From: Candidatus Krumholzibacteriia bacterium
Lineage (GTDB): Bacteria > Krumholzibacteriota > Krumholzibacteriia > LZORAL124-64-63
Length of the DNA stretch: 53,417 bases
Direction of reading: 5' to 3'
Assembly (NCBI GenBank): GCA_046484865.1
Contig: JAWOID010000127.1
Span: forward strand, 1-53,417
In this document: piece by piece, positions 10,498-19,204 of the stretch
How the letters are laid out: every line of letters starts with the position of its first letter
Position numbering within the stretch: position 1 is the stretch's first letter
Program-made: the position numbers and the translations under genes
Notes under the pieces: model-generated
Database searches by the model: none
What the model saw: the letters and a program-made list of their open reading frames with translations, nothing else
What the model was told of the DNA's origin: nothing

Positions 10498-11205
10498 TCA
10501 GCGCAACGCGCGCGGCAACCGATCCACCAGGCGGGCCACCCGGTCGTGGACCGGGTCCTCCATATCCCAGAGGGCGTGGAAGACGCGCCAGTGCTCCGGC
10601 AGCAGCACGTCGTAGCGGGAAAAGAGGCGCGAGAAGCTCGCCCGCCGCTCCGCCTGCGACGCCGCCGCCAGGCGCCAGGCCCGCAACCGCCCGTCGACCG
10701 TGATCGACCACGCCTCCTGGAATGCCTCCGCCCGGCCGCGCGGCACCAGCTCCGGCCGCAGTCGCCGCTCGCAGAGATCGCGGACGAAGAGGAACTGGTG
10801 CAGCAGGAACCGTTCGGCCTTCGCCCGGTGGAAGTCGGCGGCGGTGTGGACCCGCCCCTCGGGCACCTGCGGCAGCGGTTGCCAGACCGGTCGCGCGCCC
10901 AGGAGGTCGTCGGCGTCCGGACGGTCGCGCAAGACTTCGAGCGGATTCAGGTAGAGGTCGAGCGTTCGGCGAGGCACCCCCGCTCCGGCGACGCGCCTCA
11001 GCGACAGCCAGACGCGACGGTCCGGCTCGAGATCGTCCAGCAACAGCTCGATCCGGCACAGGTGCCGGCCCAGATCGAGTCGCTCGGCAGCCGCGCGGGC
11101 CAGCGGCTGCAACTCGGCGGCGAGCGATTCGTCCTGCGGCAGGCAGACCACCTCCGGCGCGGCAGCCGCACCTCGGCCCCCGGACGATCGGTCGGGCGCG
11201 GTCAC
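10498..11205 (-). CDS. Hypothetical protein (possible degenerate zincin-like fold)
   Basis: GTG start overlaps the tnaA stop (GTGA); protein-like C-terminal half with FLLHQFLFVRD and AWSITVDGRL. Confidence 0.7.
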   Translation of the reverse strand: MTAPDRSSGGRGAAAAPEVVCLPQDESLAAELQPLARAAAERLDLGRHLCRIELLLDDLEPDRRVWLSLRRVAGAGVPRRTLDLYLNPLEVLRDRPDADDLLGARPVWQPLPQVPEGRVHTAADFHRAKAERFLLHQFLFVRDLCERRLRPELVPRGRAEAFQEAWSITVDGRLRAWRLAAASQAERRASFSRLFSRYDVLLPEHWRVFHALWDMEDPVHDRVARLVDRLPRALR

Positions 11206-12671
11206 GGCGCCAGCAGCGCACCGCCACCGATCGGTCGCAAGCGCGCCGTGAAGTGACGCAGCGCCGGTTGCTGCCACACGATCTCGAGGCCGCGCAGCCG
11301 TGGACCCATTTCCATCACCAGCGCGCATGCCCGGGCCACGTACTCCAGCTGCGTCGCGGTATAGACTCGCCGCGGCACCGCCAGCCGCACCAGTTCCATG
11401 GCCGGCGGAACCAGCTCGCCGGTATCGGGGTCGGTGTGCTCGAACATCAGGCTGCCGATCTCCACCGCCCGCACGCCGGCCGCCAGGTAGAGGGCCGCCG
11501 TGAAGACCTGGGCGGGAAACTCGCGCTGCGGAATGTGCGGCAGCGCCGCGCGGGCGTCCACGTACACCGCGTGACCGCCGGTCGGGCGCAGGATGGGGAC
11601 GCCGCGCTCCCGCAGATCTTCGCCGAGCCGCGCGACCTGGCCGATCCGGTAGGCCAGGTAGTCTTGATCGACCACCTCGCGCAGACCCTGGGCGATGGCC
11701 GCCAGGTCGCGTCCCGCCAGACCGCCGTAGGTGGGAAAACCCTCCCGCAGGATGAGCAGATTCGTGGCCCGTTCGGCGAGTTCGTCGTCGTCCAGGCAGA
11801 GGAAGCCGCCGATGTTCACCAGCGCGTCCTTCTTGGCGCTCATGGTGCACCCGTCACCGAGGCCGAAGATCTCGCGGGCGATCTCGGCGACGGACCGACC
11901 TGCTTGCCCTGCCTCCCGCTGCTGCACGAACCATGCGTTCTCGGCGAACCGGCAGGCGTCGAAGATGAGCGGCACGCGCCGCTCGCGGCAGAACTCCGCG
12001 ACGGCGCGCACGTTGGCCAGCGACACCGGCTGTCCGCCGCCGCTGTTGTTGGTGATCGTGAGCATCACCAGCGGGATCCGCTCGCGGCCGTACTTCCGGA
12101 ACGCGCGCTCCAGCTTCTCCAGGGACATGTCCCCCTTGAACGGCGCGTCGAGGGCGGGGTCGAGCCCCGCGTCGGCCACGCAATCGAGGGCGATCGCACC
12201 CACGTGCTCGACGTTGGCGCGGGTAGTGTCGAAGTGGATGTTGTTGGGAACCACGTCCCCGGGCTTCACGGCCACGGCGAACAGCAGACCCTCCGCGGCC
12301 CGGCCCTGGTGGGTGGGGATGACGTGGGCATAGCCGAAGAGGTCACGGACGGTCTTCTCAAATTCCTCGAAGCTACGGCTGCAAGCGTAAGCCTCGTCGC
12401 CAGTCATGAGCGCCGCCCACTGGATATCGCTCATGGCGGAGGTGCCGCTGTCAGTGAGCAGGTCCACGTAGATGTCGGCGGACGGAACACGGAAGACGTT
12501 GTACCCGGCCTGCTCCAGCAGGGCCGAGCGGCGCCGGCCCGGCACCCGGTGGATCCGTTCCACGGTCTTGATCCGGTACGGCTCCAGCGGTCCGTCCAGT
12601 TCCGGCAGATCCCAGCCGGCGGTCTCCGATGTCTCCGGGCGACCGCTTTCGTCCCTGCCCCTGCTCTCCAT
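11202..12671 (-). CDS. tnaA: Tryptophanase (beta-eliminating lyase family)
   Basis: EPYRIKTVE, DLLTDSGT, GDEAY, THQGRAAE, HFDTTR, TNNSGGGQPVS, PLP-lysine motif MSAKKD and C-terminal LRHFTARL (tyrosine phenol-lyase typically has SGKKD and LRFF); AGGAGG RBS. Confidence 0.9.
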   Translation of the reverse strand: MESRGRDESGRPETSETAGWDLPELDGPLEPYRIKTVERIHRVPGRRRSALLEQAGYNVFRVPSADIYVDLLTDSGTSAMSDIQWAALMTGDEAYACSRSFEEFEKTVRDLFGYAHVIPTHQGRAAEGLLFAVAVKPGDVVPNNIHFDTTRANVEHVGAIALDCVADAGLDPALDAPFKGDMSLEKLERAFRKYGRERIPLVMLTITNNSGGGQPVSLANVRAVAEFCRERRVPLIFDACRFAENAWFVQQREAGQAGRSVAEIAREIFGLGDGCTMSAKKDALVNIGGFLCLDDDELAERATNLLILREGFPTYGGLAGRDLAAIAQGLREVVDQDYLAYRIGQVARLGEDLRERGVPILRPTGGHAVYVDARAALPHIPQREFPAQVFTAALYLAAGVRAVEIGSLMFEHTDPDTGELVPPAMELVRLAVPRRVYTATQLEYVARACALVMEMGPRLRGLEIVWQQPALRHFTARLRPIGGGALLAP

Positions 12672-12858
12672 CATGACCTCCTGGTACGGCGCCGCAAGGA
12701 CGCGCGGCGAGCGCATCCGGCCGGCGACCCCGCGCAGCGCGGCAGCGGCCGGCGGGGTCGGGCCCCGTGGATAGTAATAGCCGGCGGCGTCCCGCCACAA
12801 GGACGCGAGGTGACGGACCGTCCCGACCAGGCCCGGTCTGAGAACCCTCTGACCGAGC

Positions 12859-15800
12859 CTAGACGGACGCGTCCTCGCCCGGCAAGGGCGACCGGTCCTG
12901 GTACAGGATGAGCACCCGGTCGGCCATGCGGCCGAGCACACGAGCATGCTCGGCCGGCGGCTCGCTGCCGGCGCAGAGATAGACGCCGTCCGCCTGGAAG
13001 TCGCCCTGAGCACGGCCGGTGCCCGTGAGCAGGACGAGGGGCGGTTCGGCCGGCTCCGGCTCCCCGCGCCAGCCGCGCACCGTGCGCAGCCACGCCTGGC
13101 CCACCGGGCGCTCGAACAGACGGGCGGCCGTCTCCGCGGGCATGGCGCCTGCCAGCGCGGCCGCACGCGCGCGGGCCTCCGGACGCGCGAAGAGGTCGGC
13201 CGCCCAGGAGGTGCCGAACAGCGCCGGCAGCAACTCCGCCAGCGGGCTCCCGGCCGCGGCGCCAGTGTCCCGCAGCCAGCGCGCGTAAGCCGGACGGTCG
13301 GTGCCGGCGAGCCAGGACGGCAGCAGCGGTTCGGGCGACCCGACCGCGGTACTCTCGTGCCGGCGTTCCCCGGCGGTCGGCAGATCCTCGTCGCGACCCG
13401 GCCGCCGAGCGGCCGCCGCCGCCAGATCCGCGAGGATTGCCAGCAGTTCCAGCGCACCGGGCAGCAGCAGTTCCTCGAGTTCCTCCAGGTACACCGCCAG
13501 CCAGCCGTGGCTCACGAGCGACCGTCCCAGGTAGGCCAGATCCTCGGCCAGCGAGGCGGCGACCACCGTGCGGTTGCCCAGACGTCCGGCGGACCGCGCC
13601 TCCACGACGCAGGCCACGCACTCGTCGAGGTTGCCCGCGGGCCGTGCCACGACATCGCCCCGTTCGCGGCGCAGGGACCCGTGGCGCGCGACTTCGCCGT
13701 GCGGAGCCAGCCGGCGGACCGCTTCCCAGGGACGGCGCGCCTGCAGGCGTTGCCGCTCCAGCGGCACGACCTCGCCGGGGCGAGGCGCCGTGAGGAACAG
13801 ATTCTCCCACGACTCTCGCGTCTCGCCGGGATCGACGCTCGCCAGCAGCCGCGACGTGCGCGCCTCCGCCGCCAGGGCATAACGGACCTCGGCGGGGAAG
13901 CGCTGCAGTTCCACCAGCACGCGGACGCTCAGCCCGGGGTCGCGCACCAGGTCAGCGCGCAGCGCGGCTGCTCGCGCGTCCGCCGCAGCGCCGCTCGCTG
14001 CCTCCTCGTCATCGTCGGTCGCCGACCCGGACCGCGTTGCCGCGGCCGTCGACAGTTGCACCGGCGGCGGGGCATCGGGCCAGACGCGTCGCAGTTCACG
14101 CTGCACCCGGGCGGCCGTGGGCAGATCCGGACAGTGCACGCTGACGGCCGCGGCGGGCAGGCCCCGGGTCCGCGCCGCCGCGAGTCCCGCCACGAGCGCG
14201 CGCAGGCGACCCGCGCCGGCCGATCCGGTGAGCACGAGTTGCCGGGATCCCGCCGCCGCCGGATCCGCGCAGTCGAGCACCCGCATCGCCGCCTCGCGCA
14301 AGTCATCGTCGGCCCGGCCACGGCGCAGCAGACCGCCGAGCAGGGAACCGACGCCGTCCTCCCCTTCGTCGAGCAGAGCGGCGATCTTCTCGCCGCCGGC
14401 CTCGACCGCGGGATCGGTGTCCTCCTCGCCCACGGCGCGCACCAGCAGCGCGTGCAGGTCGCCGGCCTTTCCCGACCGGCGCGCCTCCGCCAGCCTGACC
14501 AGGTCGACCAGCGGCTCGCCGTCGTCGCCGGGCGAACCGCTCCACCCCCACCAGCCGAGCAGCGCGCCGGCAGCGAGCACGTCGGGGGCCGCGCTGTCCG
14601 GCCTCACCACGACCTGCAGCCGGCCGGCGGTGCCGGAGGCCTCCAGCAGGAGGTCGCGGGCATCGCGGACCAGCCGGCGCAACCGTCCGCGCAGGCGTTC
14701 GGCCAGCTCGCCCCGCTCACCGCGCCAGCGGATGCGCCGCGCTCCGCCGAAGAGCGCGCCCAGTTCGGCACGGTAATCGAGACCGAGATCGGACCCGGTC
14801 CGCGCCGACCAGAACGCCAGCAACGCGTCACAGAGCACGAGGTCGCGCAGCAGGACGGCGGCCGTCTCCTCCGGCTCGCCAGCGAGCGGTGCGCGGGCCA
14901 GGAGCGCCTCCTCGAGGCTCCAGGTGCCGGCCACGCCGGGTGGCACGGCGTTCTCCAGCATCGTCGCCAGCGGGATCAGCACGTCCTCGAGTCGCGCCAC
15001 CTGCGCCTCGATGGCGGCGTGGTGCAGGCAGCGGTCCAGGACGGTGGGAACCGCTGCTGTCTCCGCGGGATCGGCGCCCCCGCCGGTTCCCCGCAGCGCT
15101 GCCACCCAGCGCACCACCCGCAGGCTCTCGCGCACAGCCGCGGCGGGCACCCCGGTCTGGTGTTCGAGCCAGGGAGTCGGGACCAGGTAGGGACCACCCG
15201 TGAAGCCGGGGTCCTCGCCATGAGGCCAGACGGCACCACCTGCCGCGAGCAGTCGCAGGACCCGTCGCGCCGTTCCCGGCGGCGCCGACGGCAGGTTCGC
15301 CGCGCCAGGTCCGCCCTCGCCGGACGTCCACTCTTCCGGGCCCGGAGATCGGCTTGCCCCGGCCGCGAGCCGGCTCTCCACCTGCGGCGGCCCCGCGGGA
15401 AACTCCTGGACGGCCGCGGGCGCCGCCGGATCGGTGCGGCCGCCGGACGCCGCGAGCGCCTCCTCGAGGAAAGGGCGCCAGGCGGCCGGTAGACGGGACG
15501 CGTACACCCGCCGCACCGCCGTCGTCGTGGCGAGGATCGCATGGAGCGCGCGGGCGTGCATCGTGGCGGCGCGGCCGGATCCAGGCAGCCAGTCGGCGAG
15601 GTCCGCGGCCACGATCGCCGCCGGCGGCCATCCCTCCAGCCGCGCCGCCACCCCGGGTCGCGCGAGATCGGCCGGGCGGCCGAGGACCACCGCCGCCGGT
15701 GCCGAGATGTCGTCGGCGCGAATGCCCTCGTCGCCATGGCGGGCCTCGTCGCCCGTGGAGAGGATTCGTGCGCCGGACCACGCTCCGGACGGCCCCGGCG

Positions 15801-18800
15801 CCAGCCGCGACGTGCCCGCGACCGGGAACCGTCGCCGGTCCGCTGCGAACTCGTCGAGACCGGCCGGCGGCTCGTCGGCGATCACGAGCAGCCATCGGTC
15901 CAGTTCGCCTCGATCCCGGCAAGCTCGCACCCAGGTTTGCAGCCGTTCGAGCTCGGATTCCGGGTCGCCGACCCGCAGCACCAGTCCCGGCGCCGGCGCC
16001 GGCGGACTGCGAAGCGCCTGGGTGGCCGCCGCCCCGGGTTTGACCGCGACCCGCCGGCGAAGATCGCCGATCCGCCGCTCGTCGTCCTGCGCCGGGAGCG
16101 GGAAGAGGCTCACGTTTCGCGCCATCCGACCGGTGCCACGCGCCAGCGCCCGCTCCGCGCTCCAGCCCAGGGCGTCGCGCCAGGCGGAGGGACGCTGCAG
16201 CCACCACCAGCGCGGATCCGCGACCACCACGGGCAGGTCGAACGCCGCCAGCACGGCGAGTTCCAGCCCGGCGCTCTCCTGCCGCGCCCGTAACGGGCCG
16301 GCCGGCCGGCCGTGCGCATCGGGTGCGACCGCGGACTCCGCAGCCAGAGGTGACCCCTCCTGCAGCGACTGCAGCGAGGGCACGAGCAGGACGGCGGGCG
16401 GCGCTCCGCCCGGAGGTGTGGACATCAGGTCCGCCCAGGTGACCGGACGCAGGCGGCCGGCCCCTTCCACCGCGCCGGCAGCGATCTCGATCCACAGGCG
16501 CGGGTCCTCGTGCAGATCGCCGCCGGCGCCGAGCAGGACCAGGACGTCGCGCCCGGGATCCTCCCGCAGCAACTCGCACGCCAGCACCAGCCGCGCCGCG
16601 AGCGCACCCACCGGATCGCTGCTCGCCACGGGGGCCAGCCCCGTCGTCGCCAGCCGGAGTTCCGGGGGCGCCGGCGCTGCCGGCGGATCGAGGACGAATA
16701 CGTCCACGCGGCCGTGCGGCGCGAGCCACCGCCCCAGCAAGGCCTGCCGCTCAGTCGCCAGCACCGCCGGCCCCCTCACCAGCGAGAGCTGGCGCGAACC
16801 GTGAGCGGCGAGACGCCGGTGCACCTGCAGCGGCCGGCGGCCGCGCGCCAGCAGCCGGGCGTGCACCGACGCCGCGTCGTGGAACACCCACGCCGCATCC
16901 GCGCCGGGATGCACCCCCCATGACGCCGCCAGGTCCGCCTCCCCGTCGGGCAGTTCCGCCGCCGTGCCCACCACCAGGCCGGAACGGCGCGCCCGCTGCG
17001 CATACTGAGCCGCCCACGGGTCGGAGGCGGTCTGCGGGTCGGCGCACGGTGCGACTCGAGGGAGCGTCCGCACGAGTTCGCCGTACCGGTCCTGCAACGG
17101 CAGCACGCCCGACGGTCGCGGCCGCAGACGCGCATGGTCCATCAGGTCGCCGTTGTGGGTCTCGACCAGCCGCAACCAGTGCACCACGGCGAGCAGCGCA
17201 TCGTCACCCTCGTCGCGGCGGCCGAGGTCCTCGAGCAATCCGAGCGCCCGGTCGAGCGCGTGGACGCGGCCGCCGGGCGGCAGGAGCGTGACCGGGCCGG
17301 CGGCGCGCGCCGCGACCGCGGCCAGGTCCGGCAGCCGCGCCGGTCCATCGACGACCACCCGCCAGCGGCGTTCCTGCGGTCCCCAGCCCGCCAGCACGGC
17401 GGCCGGCTCGCCGCCCTCCACCACGGTGACGCGGCTCGCGGCCAGGTCCGGACGAGCGGCCACGGACGGCGCGACCGCGGGCCCCGGCCACGCGGGCTCG
17501 GGGCGGGTCCAGAGCAGCGGCAGCGTCCACGGTTGCCAGGCCACGTCGAGGGCCCTGGCGGTCTCGTCGCCCAGGACCACGAACTCGTACAGGACCGCAG
17601 CCGGTCCGTGGCCCCGCCGCGCCAGCTCGCCGAGACCGGCCCGCACCACGGCGTCGGCCGCGCGCAGGCGGTCGCGGCAGGCGAGCCAGAGGAGTCCGGC
17701 GCGCAGTGCCGCGGGCAGACCGTGTGGCACCGGGACAGGGACCTCCCCCGGGGACGGCGGCCGCAGCTCGGCGACGCCACAGCGCTCGTTCCAGCCCGAA
17801 CGCCACCCCGCCGTGCGCGGCGCCAGCAACCGCTCGAGCGCCCGCTCGTCGAGCCCCGCCGGCCCGAGCCAGGGCTCGAGCAGGGCCTCGGCCTGGTCGC
17901 GCACCAACGCTGCCGGGAACGGCCGGACCCCCGCCGCTGCAAGTCGCTCCGCCGCCGTGGCGTCCGCGGCCACCACCCGCACGCCGGCAGGCGCGGCGAA
18001 CTCCGCGAGCAGGTCGCAGTCGCAGCCGTCCCACACCGCCAGGTCTCTCGGTTCCTCGTCCCACCAGAACACGCACGCGAGCCCGTCGTCCGGAAGGCTG
18101 GCCAGCGACAGCCAGCCCTGCGCGGTGTCCGCCTGCGGACGGCGATGAGCCACCACGGCTCGCGCCCGGCCGGCGCGCTCGGCCAGGGCTTCGCCCGCGA
18201 ACGGACCGCGACCCAGCGCCGCCTCCGCCGCGGCGTAGCGCGGAACGGGAAAGTGCCGCGCCGTCACGTTCGCCAGCAGCTCGAAGAGTCTGATGCGCGC
18301 CTCGTCACGCCGCGGGTCGTCGACGGCGGCGACGGCCAGGTAGTCCTCGTAGAGGGTGGCCGCGGACGCCGCGTCGCCCACCGGGCCGTCCACCAGACGC
18401 GCCTCCCACCAGGCGCGTTCGCCGGTCCGCTCGCTGGACGCCCCGAAGTACTCGCGGCGGAGCAGCGAGACGAGCGCACGGCCAAGCGCGACACCGGCGA
18501 ACCGATCGTCGACGGACGCGAGCAGCCGGTCGCCGTCGCGGGCGATGCCCAGGCGATCCTCCTCGGTGAGCGGCAAGTGCGGTTGCACGAGTTCCGGCGG
18601 GACCGGCTTGCCGGTGCGGGCGGCGGTGCGGAACACGGCGCGCAGCAGGACCACCGCCGACGTGGGCTCCGGCGGGAAGAGACGGCTGGAGCTGGTGAGG
18701 AAGAGTGCGGTCTCCAGCCGCGGCTGCTGGAGTTCGGCATTCTCCTCCGGACGCAGATCGGCGCTGCGCAGGGCGGCGCGCACGGCGGTCTCCGCCGCGG

Positions 18801-19044
18801 CGGCGTAGCTCTGCCGGAAGCCGGTCGCGAACCGGTCCCACCGGCCGACCCGGTCGCCCGCCGCGCGGCCCGCCACCCTCTCCACCATCCCGGCGAATCC
18901 GTTCGGCAGCCTCTCGGTGAAGAAGACGCGCGCCGGCGCGGCGTCGCGCTCACGGCAGGCGGCGAAGAAGCTCTGCTCGGCGCCGGTGAAGTCGTGCCCG
19001 TCCAGGGCCTCGCGAGCGCGCTGCAGGGTCTGCCAGTAGCTCAT
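12859..19044 (-). CDS. Giant (~2061 aa) hypothetical protein with degenerate exonuclease-, DinG-, RecQ- and UvrD-like modules
   Basis: 6.2-kb stop-free frame with AAGGA RBS before ATG 19044; fills the gap between neighbouring genes. Domain labels are inferred from degenerate motif order (see findings). Confidence 0.8.
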   Translation of the reverse strand: MSYWQTLQRAREALDGHDFTGAEQSFFAACRERDAAPARVFFTERLPNGFAGMVERVAGRAAGDRVGRWDRFATGFRQSYAAAAETAVRAALRSADLRPEENAELQQPRLETALFLTSSSRLFPPEPTSAVVLLRAVFRTAARTGKPVPPELVQPHLPLTEEDRLGIARDGDRLLASVDDRFAGVALGRALVSLLRREYFGASSERTGERAWWEARLVDGPVGDAASAATLYEDYLAVAAVDDPRRDEARIRLFELLANVTARHFPVPRYAAAEAALGRGPFAGEALAERAGRARAVVAHRRPQADTAQGWLSLASLPDDGLACVFWWDEEPRDLAVWDGCDCDLLAEFAAPAGVRVVAADATAAERLAAAGVRPFPAALVRDQAEALLEPWLGPAGLDERALERLLAPRTAGWRSGWNERCGVAELRPPSPGEVPVPVPHGLPAALRAGLLWLACRDRLRAADAVVRAGLGELARRGHGPAAVLYEFVVLGDETARALDVAWQPWTLPLLWTRPEPAWPGPAVAPSVAARPDLAASRVTVVEGGEPAAVLAGWGPQERRWRVVVDGPARLPDLAAVAARAAGPVTLLPPGGRVHALDRALGLLEDLGRRDEGDDALLAVVHWLRLVETHNGDLMDHARLRPRPSGVLPLQDRYGELVRTLPRVAPCADPQTASDPWAAQYAQRARRSGLVVGTAAELPDGEADLAASWGVHPGADAAWVFHDAASVHARLLARGRRPLQVHRRLAAHGSRQLSLVRGPAVLATERQALLGRWLAPHGRVDVFVLDPPAAPAPPELRLATTGLAPVASSDPVGALAARLVLACELLREDPGRDVLVLLGAGGDLHEDPRLWIEIAAGAVEGAGRLRPVTWADLMSTPPGGAPPAVLLVPSLQSLQEGSPLAAESAVAPDAHGRPAGPLRARQESAGLELAVLAAFDLPVVVADPRWWWLQRPSAWRDALGWSAERALARGTGRMARNVSLFPLPAQDDERRIGDLRRRVAVKPGAAATQALRSPPAPAPGLVLRVGDPESELERLQTWVRACRDRGELDRWLLVIADEPPAGLDEFAADRRRFPVAGTSRLAPGPSGAWSGARILSTGDEARHGDEGIRADDISAPAAVVLGRPADLARPGVAARLEGWPPAAIVAADLADWLPGSGRAATMHARALHAILATTTAVRRVYASRLPAAWRPFLEEALAASGGRTDPAAPAAVQEFPAGPPQVESRLAAGASRSPGPEEWTSGEGGPGAANLPSAPPGTARRVLRLLAAGGAVWPHGEDPGFTGGPYLVPTPWLEHQTGVPAAAVRESLRVVRWVAALRGTGGGADPAETAAVPTVLDRCLHHAAIEAQVARLEDVLIPLATMLENAVPPGVAGTWSLEEALLARAPLAGEPEETAAVLLRDLVLCDALLAFWSARTGSDLGLDYRAELGALFGGARRIRWRGERGELAERLRGRLRRLVRDARDLLLEASGTAGRLQVVVRPDSAAPDVLAAGALLGWWGWSGSPGDDGEPLVDLVRLAEARRSGKAGDLHALLVRAVGEEDTDPAVEAGGEKIAALLDEGEDGVGSLLGGLLRRGRADDDLREAAMRVLDCADPAAAGSRQLVLTGSAGAGRLRALVAGLAAARTRGLPAAAVSVHCPDLPTAARVQRELRRVWPDAPPPVQLSTAAATRSGSATDDDEEAASGAAADARAAALRADLVRDPGLSVRVLVELQRFPAEVRYALAAEARTSRLLASVDPGETRESWENLFLTAPRPGEVVPLERQRLQARRPWEAVRRLAPHGEVARHGSLRRERGDVVARPAGNLDECVACVVEARSAGRLGNRTVVAASLAEDLAYLGRSLVSHGWLAVYLEELEELLLPGALELLAILADLAAAAARRPGRDEDLPTAGERRHESTAVGSPEPLLPSWLAGTDRPAYARWLRDTGAAAGSPLAELLPALFGTSWAADLFARPEARARAAALAGAMPAETAARLFERPVGQAWLRTVRGWRGEPEPAEPPLVLLTGTGRAQGDFQADGVYLCAGSEPPAEHARVLGRMADRVLILYQDRSPLPGEDASV

Positions 19045-19204
19045 GGGTCGATCCTTCGACGCGAGCCGCGGTCCGCTCCGCCCCCGGGTTCCCTCCCGGT
19101 GCCGCGGCATGTCGGCGAAAGCTTACAGGCTGGATGCGGTGACGATCCAGCCCGGAAATGCGTGCGCCGGTCCCACCGCCGACGAAACGCAGCGTTCCCG
19201 GATC

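Noticed and set aside
12675..12858. TnaC-like Trp leader peptide upstream of tnaA
   Set aside because: No short Trp-containing ORF downstream of the likely promoter; only a 9-bp GC hairpin (12725-12760).
12859..19044. Calling the giant ORF an active helicase or a pseudogene
   Set aside because: It has no intact Walker A/B, so an active helicase is unsupported. It has no stops or frameshifts over 6.2 kb, so a pseudogene is also unsupported.
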